This document shows positions 1 through 9,728 of a DNA stretch of 64,000 bases, in pieces; position 1 is the first letter of the stretch, and each line of letters begins with the position of its first letter. Position numbers and translations under genes: made by a program. The notes below the pieces were generated by a model. That model saw nothing but the letters and a program-made list of their open reading frames with translations. It was not told the origin of the DNA and did no database searches. Origin of the DNA: Bdellovibrionota bacterium (GTDB lineage Bacteria; Bdellovibrionota; Bdellovibrionia; Bdellovibrionales; Bdellovibrionaceae); assembly GCA_052034855.1 (NCBI GenBank), contig JBPOIE010000023.1:13534-77533 (forward strand), given 5' to 3'.

Positions 1-57
1 CAAAGGTTCCTGAAATCTCTGCAATCACAAAGCAATTAAGCTTTTGTAAATAACGAT

Positions 58-567
58 CTATTTTGAAACTTCGATAGCCTTCGGAGCCACTCGAATTCCA
101 TGGGCTGGCACATCTTTCATGACAACTGCATTTGCTCCAATTTTTACATCGTCACCAATGTAAATAGGACCTAAAATCTTAGCACCTGTACCAATCAAAA
201 CACGATTTCCGATTGTAGGGTGACGCTTGACGGGGTCAAATTTTAACCCACCTAGCGTGACTCCATGAAAAATAATACAATCATCGCCAATAACTGCAGT
301 TTCCCCAATGACACAGCCAACACCATGATCAATCACAAGACGCCGTCCAATCACTGCGCCAGGATGAATTTCTATACCTGTCGTGCTCCGCGCGATGTCA
401 GCAATCAAACGTGCCAAAAAAAACAAACCGATCGAGTACAGTGCATGCGAAATACGATGAAAAAATAGCGCACGAGGCCCTGGATACAAAAAAAATATTT
501 CCGCATATGATTTGGCGGCAGGATCATAATTTCGATAAGCCTTTAAAAAATCTAACATTAAAGCCAC
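58..567 (-). CDS. cysE: Serine O-acetyltransferase (hexapeptide-repeat family)
   Basis: [28 protein letters not shown] and KRHPTIG motifs; left-handed beta-helix repeats. Confidence 0.85.
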   Translation of the reverse strand: MALMLDFLKAYRNYDPAAKSYAEIFFLYPGPRALFFHRISHALYSIGLFFLARLIADIARSTTGIEIHPGAVIGRRLVIDHGVGCVIGETAVIGDDCIIFHGVTLGGLKFDPVKRHPTIGNRVLIGTGAKILGPIYIGDDVKIGANAVVMKDVPAHGIRVAPKAIEVSK

Positions 568-1544
568 TTTCCTTTGAGATCACTGATATAAAAAAATCTT
601 TCTAAATTATCATGATAACGTGACCAATTTTCACCGCTCATTCGTTCGTTTTTTACAAAAGTAGCTACTTGATCCATCTTAGAATCAAGTTCATCAATCA
701 TTGCCACCATCAGAGCTTCCGGAAACATGGGAAGCTTGGGTGAGCCATATTCGATTTTTCCATGATGGCTCAAAACAATGTGCTTTAATATCATTTTAAG
801 CTCATCAGGGAAACCCAATATCTTCTGTGTCTTTTTTTCAATCAACTCACTACTTAAATAGATATGTCCTAGCAATTGTCCTTTATTTGTATAACTCACT
901 TGATTGTTTTGATTAATTTCCAACTCCCAGATTTTTCCAAGATCATGAAATAATGCACCAAATATCAAAAGATCTTTATTCAGATCCTTGTAATGACTGC
1001 CCATAAAATCCATCAACTTACAAATCGAAACAATATGACTCAAAAGTCCGCCGCGCTCGGCATGATGGATCGTTTTAGCTGCTGAACTGACAAGGAGTAA
1101 TTTTTTGATCTCGTCGTCACTTAAGCAATCCATACACAATTGTCGAATGTACATACTTTCAATTTTTTGAATATACTGATGAAGTTCTGCAAATAAGGCC
1201 TGTGAATCGACGACAACCATTTCCATGGCATAATCTTCTTTATTTAAACTTAAGGAACTGACATTCTCAATTTTATGTACAACAAGTTGCTTACGTTGAT
1301 TATAGACTTGAACAGCTCCCTTAATTTTTACTAAATCACCGATTTCAAAAATTCCATTAACGACTTCAACATTATCCCATATTCGACAATCGATTTGCCC
1401 CGTTTTATCTCCGGCAAGTAAACTTAAAAAAGATCTTCCATTTTTACCGACACCATAATTTTTATCTTTAACTAAAAATATACGTTCAGAAACAATATCT
1501 TTGTCTATCAATAACTTCAGCGAAACCGGTTGTGTCGACGTCAT
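558..1544 (-). CDS. yhaM: 3'-5' exoribonuclease YhaM family (OB fold + HD domain)
   Basis: N-terminal OB fold ([12 protein letters not shown]), [20 protein letters not shown] motif, [13 protein letters not shown]. Confidence 0.8.
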   Translation of the reverse strand: MTSTQPVSLKLLIDKDIVSERIFLVKDKNYGVGKNGRSFLSLLAGDKTGQIDCRIWDNVEVVNGIFEIGDLVKIKGAVQVYNQRKQLVVHKIENVSSLSLNKEDYAMEMVVVDSQALFAELHQYIQKIESMYIRQLCMDCLSDDEIKKLLLVSSAAKTIHHAERGGLLSHIVSICKLMDFMGSHYKDLNKDLLIFGALFHDLGKIWELEINQNNQVSYTNKGQLLGHIYLSSELIEKKTQKILGFPDELKMILKHIVLSHHGKIEYGSPKLPMFPEALMVAMIDELDSKMDQVATFVKNERMSGENWSRYHDNLERFFYISDLKGKWL

Positions 1545-2195
1545 TTAATTCTCTTTTGTTGCTATATTTTTAGTAGGACACTTCAAGTTTTCGTAGGTCG
1601 AATCAGCCAGATAGAGATGTGACAAATACACTTGATTCCCTTTTCGAAACACAAAAACATAATAACCACCAGCTACATACAAATAGCGCTGTGAGGTTGT
1701 GTTTAAAATAATTTTGTTAGGTTGACTCAATTGTGAGAATTTTTTCTTAAGATCAACCCAGCTAGAACAGCCTATTCCAAAAGTTTCACCATCGATAACA
1801 GTTTTTGGATAATCACTAATATAATATAAACTTTCTAACTCAGGCAGTTTGGAAAACTGCTCTTCGGGGAAGTAGAAATAAAAACTGCCTTGGCCTTTGA
1901 TGATTGACTTCAAATCGATACGTCCACCACCATTGGCAAAAAGGAATTTATGTGACCCAGCAACAGCTTCCGACTTTGACTCCACAATCACCTCTAAGGG
2001 ATGAAACAAATAAACTGGTTCAGCTGATGAGGATTCGCTTCTAATTTTGTTATAGATCGTATCAAAAATGACCTTAGGTATCTGAATGTCCTGAGAAATA
2101 ACTTCTGATTTATGAACTTCACCTAAAAACGTAGGTTCGTGCGAAGTACAACTACTCAAAATCAAATAAATGATAACTAAGTAATTTTTATTCAA
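1545..2195 (-). CDS. Hypothetical lipoprotein
   Basis: 216-aa ORF with N-terminal hydrophobic stretch and lipobox LILSSC; abuts neighbours on the same strand. Confidence 0.65.
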   Translation of the reverse strand: MNKNYLVIIYLILSSCTSHEPTFLGEVHKSEVISQDIQIPKVIFDTIYNKIRSESSSAEPVYLFHPLEVIVESKSEAVAGSHKFLFANGGGRIDLKSIIKGQGSFYFYFPEEQFSKLPELESLYYISDYPKTVIDGETFGIGCSSWVDLKKKFSQLSQPNKIILNTTSQRYLYVAGGYYVFVFRKGNQVYLSHLYLADSTYENLKCPTKNIATKEN

Positions 2196-3903
2196 GATAT
2201 CGACCTTTCAAATCAATATAAGGTATAAAATCTTCTGTATTCATTGTGTTGAGTTGTAGATAAGATTTAATTTTTTCCGGATCATCTTCATTCAGCTGAA
2301 TTAAATCTGTCCATATAGAAATCAGATTTTTTTCTTTCTTCAGACTAACGACGTTAACTTCAATATCTTTTCGTTTGCTTTCTTTTTTTAGCAAGATCAA
2401 TGAAAGATGACTTGAAATATTTAAAGTTTCTGGCAAAACAGTTTTTTCAATGGCAAAAATATCCGAAGATTTATTTTGAATATAATTGATAGCAATATCG
2501 ATATTTATTTTTTGTTTTTGAGAAAATTGATTCTGCGCCTGATTAAATAGCTTTTGTGCAGAGTATGCATCGTTTTTCTCGAGATGAATATATATATCTG
2601 TTAAAATAGAACTATGAGATCCAAGTTGGTTTTTAATTTTTTCATAAGCAGGTATAACTTTTTCAATTTTATATATCCCGGGATAAACAAGACCGGGTAT
2701 TTTGAACTTATGTGACAACATCACAGGTGTATTAACAAAATCTTCGATAAAATTACTCGCAGCAGTTAAATTAGATATTTTTGTAGCTAATATGATCTGA
2801 ATAAGAATCAATTCTTTTTTATATTCAATGCGTGTCGATAAGTAACGTTCAATTTTTTCAAGCAGTTCAATATCAGATATTTGTGGATCACGTAAGTGAT
2901 TTAGAGCATAACCGAAAAGGAATCGACCTTTATTTAATCTCGTGAATAAACTCAAGAACTGTTCAGCGGATTCACGGGGTTCGTTATCCAAGTATGAAAG
3001 GATAGCACTATTTTCTTTAATCACATCGGAATCAGGATCCAAATCTCGAGCAATAACTAGAAAGCCTTTGGCTTCATTCAGTTGGCTTAAGAGTACACTT
3101 TTATTAAATTGGATCAGTGCAATTTGAGATTTTTGAACTGCTGATAAAGTCGGGTTTGTTTGGACATTTTTAAGTGTATTATCAGCATTAATCACTCCGT
3201 CGGAATCTAGTTTTGTAAACAACGTCAAAATATCGGGTAGAACCTTATACTGCTGAACTTCGTTTAATTTTTGAAACGCTTCAACTGCTTTTGAATCAGC
3301 GCCTATCATAACCAGTCGTCTGACTTTAGTGATCAGTGCTCGTTCAACTTTATCTTGGCTCCACTTAGTATATAAATAGTAGCCTGAAGTGCTCAGCATC
3401 AGAATAACTGCAATAGTTAAGGTAATAAATAAACCTTGTTTTTTACTTTTTTGGACTTCGGTCCTAACAACAGGATCTTCAGAAAAAACAAACAGGGGGG
3501 TATTTTTTTTCTTTTCAATTTCCTGTGCTTTAACTTCGATTTCATTAAAAGGAATATCTTTTGTTTCAACTTGAACATCAGTAAATACAGGGCTCGCATG
3601 ACTTGTAAAATCGATATCCAGTGACTCTGCCGTTTTTGTCTGGGAAACAGTGTTTGTGTTTGTGACCGATGTCTGAAAAGTTCGCGTTTGTTCTGATTTT
3701 TTGTCCAACTCAAGACGAACTTGTTCAGTCAATGCTTTAAGCTCCTTAACTTCGCGGATATAAAGCCATCTATTATCCATATCTCGAATTTCATCTATTA
3801 ATGCGACCTGTCTTTGCAATAAAAGATTCTCTAATTGATCCATAGAGTAAGGGCCTACAATTTTATTGTCAGATTTAATAAGCCACTTTTTATCTACGCT
3901 CAT
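2188..3903 (-). CDS. Bitopic membrane protein with N-terminal GYF_2-like domain and helical C-terminal region
   Basis: W-x6-VGPYS-x2-L motif (KKWLIKSDNKIVGPYSMDQL); one TM segment (LFITLTIAVILML). Start moved from 3945 to ATG 3903, which has an AGGG SD and removes the overlap with purH. Confidence 0.6.
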   Translation of the reverse strand: MSVDKKWLIKSDNKIVGPYSMDQLENLLLQRQVALIDEIRDMDNRWLYIREVKELKALTEQVRLELDKKSEQTRTFQTSVTNTNTVSQTKTAESLDIDFTSHASPVFTDVQVETKDIPFNEIEVKAQEIEKKKNTPLFVFSEDPVVRTEVQKSKKQGLFITLTIAVILMLSTSGYYLYTKWSQDKVERALITKVRRLVMIGADSKAVEAFQKLNEVQQYKVLPDILTLFTKLDSDGVINADNTLKNVQTNPTLSAVQKSQIALIQFNKSVLLSQLNEAKGFLVIARDLDPDSDVIKENSAILSYLDNEPRESAEQFLSLFTRLNKGRFLFGYALNHLRDPQISDIELLEKIERYLSTRIEYKKELILIQIILATKISNLTAASNFIEDFVNTPVMLSHKFKIPGLVYPGIYKIEKVIPAYEKIKNQLGSHSSILTDIYIHLEKNDAYSAQKLFNQAQNQFSQKQKINIDIAINYIQNKSSDIFAIEKTVLPETLNISSHLSLILLKKESKRKDIEVNVVSLKKEKNLISIWTDLIQLNEDDPEKIKSYLQLNTMNTEDFIPYIDLKGRYLE

Positions 3904-3922
3904 ATCCCTAGAACCTTCTTCA

Positions 3923-5461
3923 TTAGTGTTTAAAGTGTCTAACACCAGATAAAATCATATTCATCGAATGTGCTTTCACAAAATCAATAACCTCATTATC
4001 TTTAACAGAACCGCCGGGTTGAAATATCCAGCGAAAACCTTCTTTGTGAAGAACTTCGACAGAGTCAGCAAATGGAAAAAAGGCATCACTGACAACAACG
4101 GCTTGATCTAATGGAATTGCTTTGTTTTTTAAATATTTATGTACACGATCCAAGGCGATTCGAACACTATCAACTCTGTTGACTTGCCCCATTCCTAATC
4201 CGATCGTTTGACCGTTATAAACGACGGCGATCGCATTACTTTTTAAATAGGCACAAACCTTCTCGCCAAAAATAATATCTTTTGAAATTTGATCATTTGG
4301 CGTCTGACCGATGACCTTCCATTCTGAAGAAGAAAAGTCATCTTCGGACTGCGACAAAACTCCACCTTGAATTGATTTGTACTGCAATGAAGTAGTTTTT
4401 TTATTTAAGTCAGGCCATTTTAAAATTCTTAAATTTTTCTTTTTGGAAAAAACGAGTAATGCGTCTGGAGAGTACTCTGGTGCGATTACGCATTCTAAAA
4501 AGATTGAACTCAGAAATTCTGCGGTTTGCATATCCACTGATTTGTTAAATGCTAGAATTCCACCGAATACACTTTGTGGATCGGATTCTACCGCGTTCTG
4601 CGCAGCTTGATAAATTGATTCAGCAATAGCGACGCCACACGGATTATTGTGTTTCACAGCGACACAAGCAGGCTGTGAAAAATGTGCAACCAATCCCGAA
4701 GAGGCATCAAGGTCTAATAAATTATTATATGAAAGCTCTTTACCCTGAATAATTTCTGCGGTTGCCAGACTTTTGGATGCGAGTGGATTTTGAAACCAAT
4801 CGGCCTGTTGATGGGCGTTTTCACCATATCTGAGAGTTTGTTTTTTACGTAAAGGAAGATTCAAGTAGCTGAATTCTTTTTGATCGTCTACACTTGATAA
4901 TTTTTGAACGATCATAGCATCATAATACGAAGTTAAAGAGAAAACTTTCAGAGCTAATTTTTTTCGATCTTGCAATGTTAAACTTTGATCTTGAATTTTC
5001 TGCCCGACCCAAGTGTAGTCAGATGGATCACTGACAACGACGACATTTTGAAAATTCTTAGCAGCTGATCTTAAGAAACTAGGACCACCTATGTCTATAT
5101 TTTCGATTTGATCTTCGAAGGTCGAATTCTGATCAAGAGCTGTTTGTTCAAAAGGATATAAATTACCAACAACCAGATCAAACCATTGCACTTGAAACTT
5201 GTTCATTTGATCGACATGCGTCTGTAGTTCTTTACGCGCGAGAAGACCCATATGAATATTGGGATGAAGCGTTTTCACTCGCCCATCTAGGACCTCTGGA
5301 AAATTTGTCACGTGACTGACATCAATCGCATTGAATCCGGCTTCGAGCAAAAACTTTAATGTTCCACCCGTCGAAACAAGCTCAAGACCCTTTTGACAAA
5401 GAGGACGCAAAAATTCTATTAAACCTGATTTGTCTGATACACTGACTAAAGCTCTTTTCAT
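3923..5461 (-). CDS. purH: Bifunctional AICAR transformylase/IMP cyclohydrolase
   Basis: RALVSVSDKSG, GRVKTLHP, IDIGGP, LRYGENAHQ, KHNNPCG, SDAFFPF and QPGGS motifs. Confidence 0.97.
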   Translation of the reverse strand: MKRALVSVSDKSGLIEFLRPLCQKGLELVSTGGTLKFLLEAGFNAIDVSHVTNFPEVLDGRVKTLHPNIHMGLLARKELQTHVDQMNKFQVQWFDLVVGNLYPFEQTALDQNSTFEDQIENIDIGGPSFLRSAAKNFQNVVVVSDPSDYTWVGQKIQDQSLTLQDRKKLALKVFSLTSYYDAMIVQKLSSVDDQKEFSYLNLPLRKKQTLRYGENAHQQADWFQNPLASKSLATAEIIQGKELSYNNLLDLDASSGLVAHFSQPACVAVKHNNPCGVAIAESIYQAAQNAVESDPQSVFGGILAFNKSVDMQTAEFLSSIFLECVIAPEYSPDALLVFSKKKNLRILKWPDLNKKTTSLQYKSIQGGVLSQSEDDFSSSEWKVIGQTPNDQISKDIIFGEKVCAYLKSNAIAVVYNGQTIGLGMGQVNRVDSVRIALDRVHKYLKNKAIPLDQAVVVSDAFFPFADSVEVLHKEGFRWIFQPGGSVKDNEVIDFVKAHSMNMILSGVRHFKH

Positions 5462-5501
5462 GGCCTCGAACTTTCTATCTCAATTTAGCTCTCTGAAGTA
5501 C

Positions 5502-6878
5502 CTAAAATGGAGACTTTGTTAACAAAAGTTTTAAATCATCGTTTGTTAAGAAAATCCCAGCTCCTGCAAATACAGAACGAGCGTTATTTTTATCTAAAAT
5601 ATCTGAGTATCCACCTTTGACATAAAACCCATAAGGTAGACGCATATTTAAAGTCGTTCTTAATTGTAATTTTTCAAAATCATAAGCTTCGACACTAGCT
5701 ACAAATCTTTGTCTGTAAAAATTGTAATCGACGCCGAGTCCACCTGTATTCTCAATCAATCCACCTTTTAAAGTCAGATCATAAAAGTTTTTAGCATACA
5801 AAGCAGTGAACTTTGTTTTACTTTTGAAAGTTTTAACTTCATCAAGATCCGTAGTTGTGCCACCAACAGTTGTCTTGACATTAGTTTTCTCGACGACACC
5901 TGCAGGGTCTGTAATCAAACCTAAATAATAATAACGATCTAAACCTGGCTGGATTTGTATACCAATGGCTGTTTGTGCGGCACCAACTTCATTCAAATAA
6001 TGTCCGTTGAAATCAACTCCCGTTGAAACTTTGTTCGCCGTATCAACAAGTCCACTGATCCCTTCGATTGCACTTGAAACATCTTCAGCCGTTTTTTCAT
6101 CTGAAATCAATTTACCGATGGTACCTTCGCCGCGATTGACTTTATCCGTGATTTCTTCGATGTTTTTGAGGGATTTATCTATACGAACCATCGCCGTTTG
6201 CCATGTTTTTTTGAATCCCTTATCACTTTCATCGTTAACCAATTCGTCGAGTGTGCCTGTAATGTTATGAACTTGATCTACGATCTCATTAATTTTATCT
6301 TTATTTGCCGAAGTCATCTCTGATAAGTCTCCGGTTAATTTTTCAATATTCAAAACAATCCGACCAAGGATATGTTGATTTGTTCCATTATTCGTTACTG
6401 ATTCATTTAAATTTTTAGCCACATCTTTGAGTGATCCTGTGATATCTGAAACTTGGGCCATGACATCATCCAGTGATCCACCCTTTTTGACATTCAGAAT
6501 TTGACCGTCTTCCTCAAGAAGCGGATCAGAAGCTGAGCCTGGATAAACTTCGATATACTTGTCTCCCAAAATACCGTTGGCTCTTAATTCAACTGATGAC
6601 GAACGAGTTAAACTTATATCAGATTTAATCGTGACATCAACGCGGGCCTGGCCATCTTGCAAACGAACATCTTTGATCACGCCCACCGGAATACCGGCCG
6701 ATCGAATTGCAGAACCCTTCACTAAACCATTTGCATTAGGTAAAAGAAACCAAGCTTTTTTAGAACGACCCATATAACTTGGATCATCACTGACTTGCAT
6801 CGACATAAATGCAATCAATGAGGCAATTGAAAGAACCATGGCTCCGACTTTAAATTCTGCTGTACCTAAAAAACCCAT
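5502..6878 (-). CDS. mlaD: MCE/MlaD family protein with long helical region and predicted C-terminal beta-barrel
   Basis: N-terminal TM, MCE domain (GLVKGSAIRSAGIPVGVI..GILGDKYIEVYPG), coiled region with GEGTIGKLI, C-terminal amphipathic beta-strands; directly downstream of mlaF. Confidence 0.85.
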   Translation of the reverse strand: MGFLGTAEFKVGAMVLSIASLIAFMSMQVSDDPSYMGRSKKAWFLLPNANGLVKGSAIRSAGIPVGVIKDVRLQDGQARVDVTIKSDISLTRSSSVELRANGILGDKYIEVYPGSASDPLLEEDGQILNVKKGGSLDDVMAQVSDITGSLKDVAKNLNESVTNNGTNQHILGRIVLNIEKLTGDLSEMTSANKDKINEIVDQVHNITGTLDELVNDESDKGFKKTWQTAMVRIDKSLKNIEEITDKVNRGEGTIGKLISDEKTAEDVSSAIEGISGLVDTANKVSTGVDFNGHYLNEVGAAQTAIGIQIQPGLDRYYYLGLITDPAGVVEKTNVKTTVGGTTTDLDEVKTFKSKTKFTALYAKNFYDLTLKGGLIENTGGLGVDYNFYRQRFVASVEAYDFEKLQLRTTLNMRLPYGFYVKGGYSDILDKNNARSVFAGAGIFLTNDDLKLLLTKSPF

Positions 6879-6933
6879 GATGAAATTCCTATGTTGAAGT
6901 CTCTATATTTCTTTTTTTCCACAAACCAAAATA

Positions 6934-7716
6934 TTAAACTGTAGAATGTTTCATTCCTTTGCCAACAAAACGCTTCACAAGCTCGATATCCGATTTGAAA
7001 AAATCTTCAGCCGTTCCTGATAATAATACTTTACCTGCATCAAGCATCACAATAAAGTCGGCAATGCGAAATGCCGCAGCAAGATCATGAGATACCATAA
7101 CTGATGTTGTCCCCTGATGCATCTTGTGCGTTTCTAGTATTAAATTATCTACCATTTCTGTCAGAATGGGATCTAATCCTGTCGTCGGCTCATCATATAT
7201 TAAAATTTCTGGATCTAGGGCGAGGGCGCGAGCTAAACCAGTCCGTTTTTGCATACCACCCGATATTTGACTAGGTAACTTTTGATAATGCTTTTCATCA
7301 AGACCGACCATGTTTAACTTCTCGTAGGCAATCTGAATCACCTGATCTTTTTTCAATTGACGACGATGTTCTTCTAGCGGAAAACAAACGTTTTCTAAAA
7401 CTGTCATATCATCAAACAAAGCTGCACTTTGAAACAATACACCATAATTACAACGAAATTGAGTCAGTTGATTTTCATCCATTGTCGATAAATCTTTTCC
7501 CAAAATTTCAACTTTACCTGAAGTTGGTTTATAAAGACCTAAAATATGTTTTAACATCACCGACTTTCCAGTTCCTGAAAAACCGATAATAGCTGTTAAA
7601 CTTCCCCGAGGAATTTTTAAATCAATTCCTTTGAGAATATAATCTTTGCCGCCATCAAAACTTTTTTTAATATCTGTCAGCTGAATTGCGAATTCGCCTT
7701 TATAAGAGCTTCCCAT
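6934..7716 (-). CDS. mlaF: Mla/Mce ABC transporter ATP-binding subunit
   Basis: Walker A GFSGTGKS, FQSAALFD, signature ISGGMQKR, DEPTTGLDP; lies between mlaE and mlaD. Confidence 0.9.
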   Translation of the reverse strand: MGSSYKGEFAIQLTDIKKSFDGGKDYILKGIDLKIPRGSLTAIIGFSGTGKSVMLKHILGLYKPTSGKVEILGKDLSTMDENQLTQFRCNYGVLFQSAALFDDMTVLENVCFPLEEHRRQLKKDQVIQIAYEKLNMVGLDEKHYQKLPSQISGGMQKRTGLARALALDPEILIYDEPTTGLDPILTEMVDNLILETHKMHQGTTSVMVSHDLAAAFRIADFIVMLDAGKVLLSGTAEDFFKSDIELVKRFVGKGMKHSTV

Positions 7717-7722
7717 CTGTGA

Positions 7723-8562
7723 TTACCCTCTTCCAATTCCAGCCATCAAATAATAAATTCGAATCAAGTTCATTAAGAAATAATCGATAATAATGATACT
7801 CACCATACTGATCACGACTCCGCGGTTTGTCGCTTCTCCGACACCTTTTGCCCCGCCCGTCGTATTAAAACCTTTAAAGGTGCAGATGACTGAAAACATC
7901 AAACCAAAAATTGCACCTTTAAATAGTCCTTCATTGATATGATAAACTTCAACTGTCTGCGCAATTTTTTCATAAAAAATAGCTTCATCCAATCCAATAA
8001 TTTTAATACACAAAAACCAACATCCAACCATGGCCATAAAATCAAATAAAGCTGTTAACAAAGGCATACACAAAATGGCCGCTATAATTCTTGGAGCAAT
8101 TAAATATTGTTTGGTGTTGATTCCCATGACATCCAAAGCATCCATTTGTTCATTCACTCGCATCGTCCCCAATCGCGCAGCCATAGCCCCACCCGCGCGT
8201 GCTGCAACGATGAGCCCTGTCAACACGGGACCCAACTCGCGTGTAATTCCCAAAGCAACAGTCGGTGCGACGAGATTAACTGCATTGACGAGTTTAAATC
8301 CTAAATAAACTTGGAACGAAAGAGCAAGACCGGTAAATATACTGGTTAATGCAATAATTCCAACAGACTGATTCCCAATAAATTCCATGTGCTTTAAGAC
8401 TTCACCATAACGATAAGGTTGGGCAAAGAGCAGTTTTAAACTTTCATAACCAAATAAAGTCATTTCACCTAAGAGTAAAATAAAACTTTTTATTTTACTG
8501 ACTAAACCTAAAAAAAATCGATCTATCATTCCAGCTGTTTTAATAATAATTGGCGAACTCAT
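7723..8562 (-). CDS. mlaE: MlaE family ABC permease
   Basis: RELGPVLTGLIVAARAG, EQMDALDVMG, GGAKGVGEATNRGVV. Confidence 0.92.
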   Translation of the reverse strand: MSSPIIIKTAGMIDRFFLGLVSKIKSFILLLGEMTLFGYESLKLLFAQPYRYGEVLKHMEFIGNQSVGIIALTSIFTGLALSFQVYLGFKLVNAVNLVAPTVALGITRELGPVLTGLIVAARAGGAMAARLGTMRVNEQMDALDVMGINTKQYLIAPRIIAAILCMPLLTALFDFMAMVGCWFLCIKIIGLDEAIFYEKIAQTVEVYHINEGLFKGAIFGLMFSVICTFKGFNTTGGAKGVGEATNRGVVISMVSIIIIDYFLMNLIRIYYLMAGIGRG

Positions 8563-9728
8563 GATTCAATTCCACCTTTAAAAAGACGAGGGACACGCTC
8601 ACCGACAGCCGTTAAAATTTCCCAAGTGATCGTTTGTGCAGATTTCGCAGCAGTCTCTGCTGAAATAAAATTTCCCATTTCGTCAAAACCAAATAAAACA
8701 ACCTCTTCTTCGTCATATTTTTTGAGTTGTCCATTTTGCAAAGCCTCGGTCACGTCCAACATCAAAAAATCCATGCAAATTCGCCCCACAATCGGAACCA
8801 GCTTTCCTGCAAATAGCGCCTGATGATTGTTCGATAATAAGCGATGAATACCATCGGCATAACCAATAGGAACAACTGCAATTTTTGAAGGTCTTCGTGC
8901 AATCCACTGCGCACCGTAAGAAACAGACTGTCCAATGGCGACATCTCGAATGTTATTCACAACAGATTTTAAACTCATGACAGGTTTAAATTGAATTTCG
9001 TTAAAAACGGAGTGTGGTTGATAGCCATATAATATAAGTCCTGGCCTAAATCCCCATTCTTGCTTTTTCAAATAATGATCCGGTTGATTTTGAACTTTAG
9101 CGAGACTGCATATTCCGCCAGAATTTAACAAATGAGAAAAGACATTTAAGGGTTTAAAGAAAGACTGAACGTCTTCCATTAGCTTCGTCTGCCGAAAAGA
9201 ATTTCCATCTGAGATATATGCATCTTCACCATTAAAATAATGACTCAAAATGGCCTTCAGTTTTAACTTTTTAGAAATTTTAAAATAAGAATAAAGCTTT
9301 TCACTCTCAGAAGGATCAAATCCCAAACGATTCATCCCCGTATTAAACTTCAAATGAATTGGGACAGGATCATCGGCCAAGGACTCGAGACAATGGATTT
9401 GATCCCACGTACTAACAACGGGAGTCATCCTATGATCTAAAATTTTTTGCGCTCCGTATTTGTCAAATCCTCGAAAAACAAGCACATTCGCTTTAATCCC
9501 TGAAGTTCTAAGCAATACACCTTCTTCAATCAGGCAAACACCCAGATTCTCTACCCCGCAATGTTCAAGATGTTTAGAAATCTGAACATCACCGTGCCCG
9601 TAGCCATTGGCTTTAACCATGGGACACAAAAATCGTTCGTTTCCTGCGATTTTTTTAATTTCGAAAAAATTATATGCCAGATGATCCAAATTTATTTCAG
9701 CGAACGTCCGTCTAAACAGCTCCGTCAT
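8559..9728 (-). CDS. alr: Alanine racemase
   Basis: PLP lysine motif VKANGYGHG, HLKFNTGMNRLG, VSYGA (catalytic Tyr), GYADG, GRICMD. Confidence 0.95.
   Translation of the reverse strand: MTELFRRTFAEINLDHLAYNFFEIKKIAGNERFLCPMVKANGYGHGDVQISKHLEHCGVENLGVCLIEEGVLLRTSGIKANVLVFRGFDKYGAQKILDHRMTPVVSTWDQIHCLESLADDPVPIHLKFNTGMNRLGFDPSESEKLYSYFKISKKLKLKAILSHYFNGEDAYISDGNSFRQTKLMEDVQSFFKPLNVFSHLLNSGGICSLAKVQNQPDHYLKKQEWGFRPGLILYGYQPHSVFNEIQFKPVMSLKSVVNNIRDVAIGQSVSYGAQWIARRPSKIAVVPIGYADGIHRLLSNNHQALFAGKLVPIVGRICMDFLMLDVTEALQNGQLKKYDEEEVVLFGFDEMGNFISAETAAKSAQTITWEILTAVGERVPRLFKGGIES

Noticed and set aside
3904-3945. Extended start of the GYF protein at 3945
   Set aside because: Overlaps the purH 3' end; ATG 3903 has an SD and precedes the domain directly.
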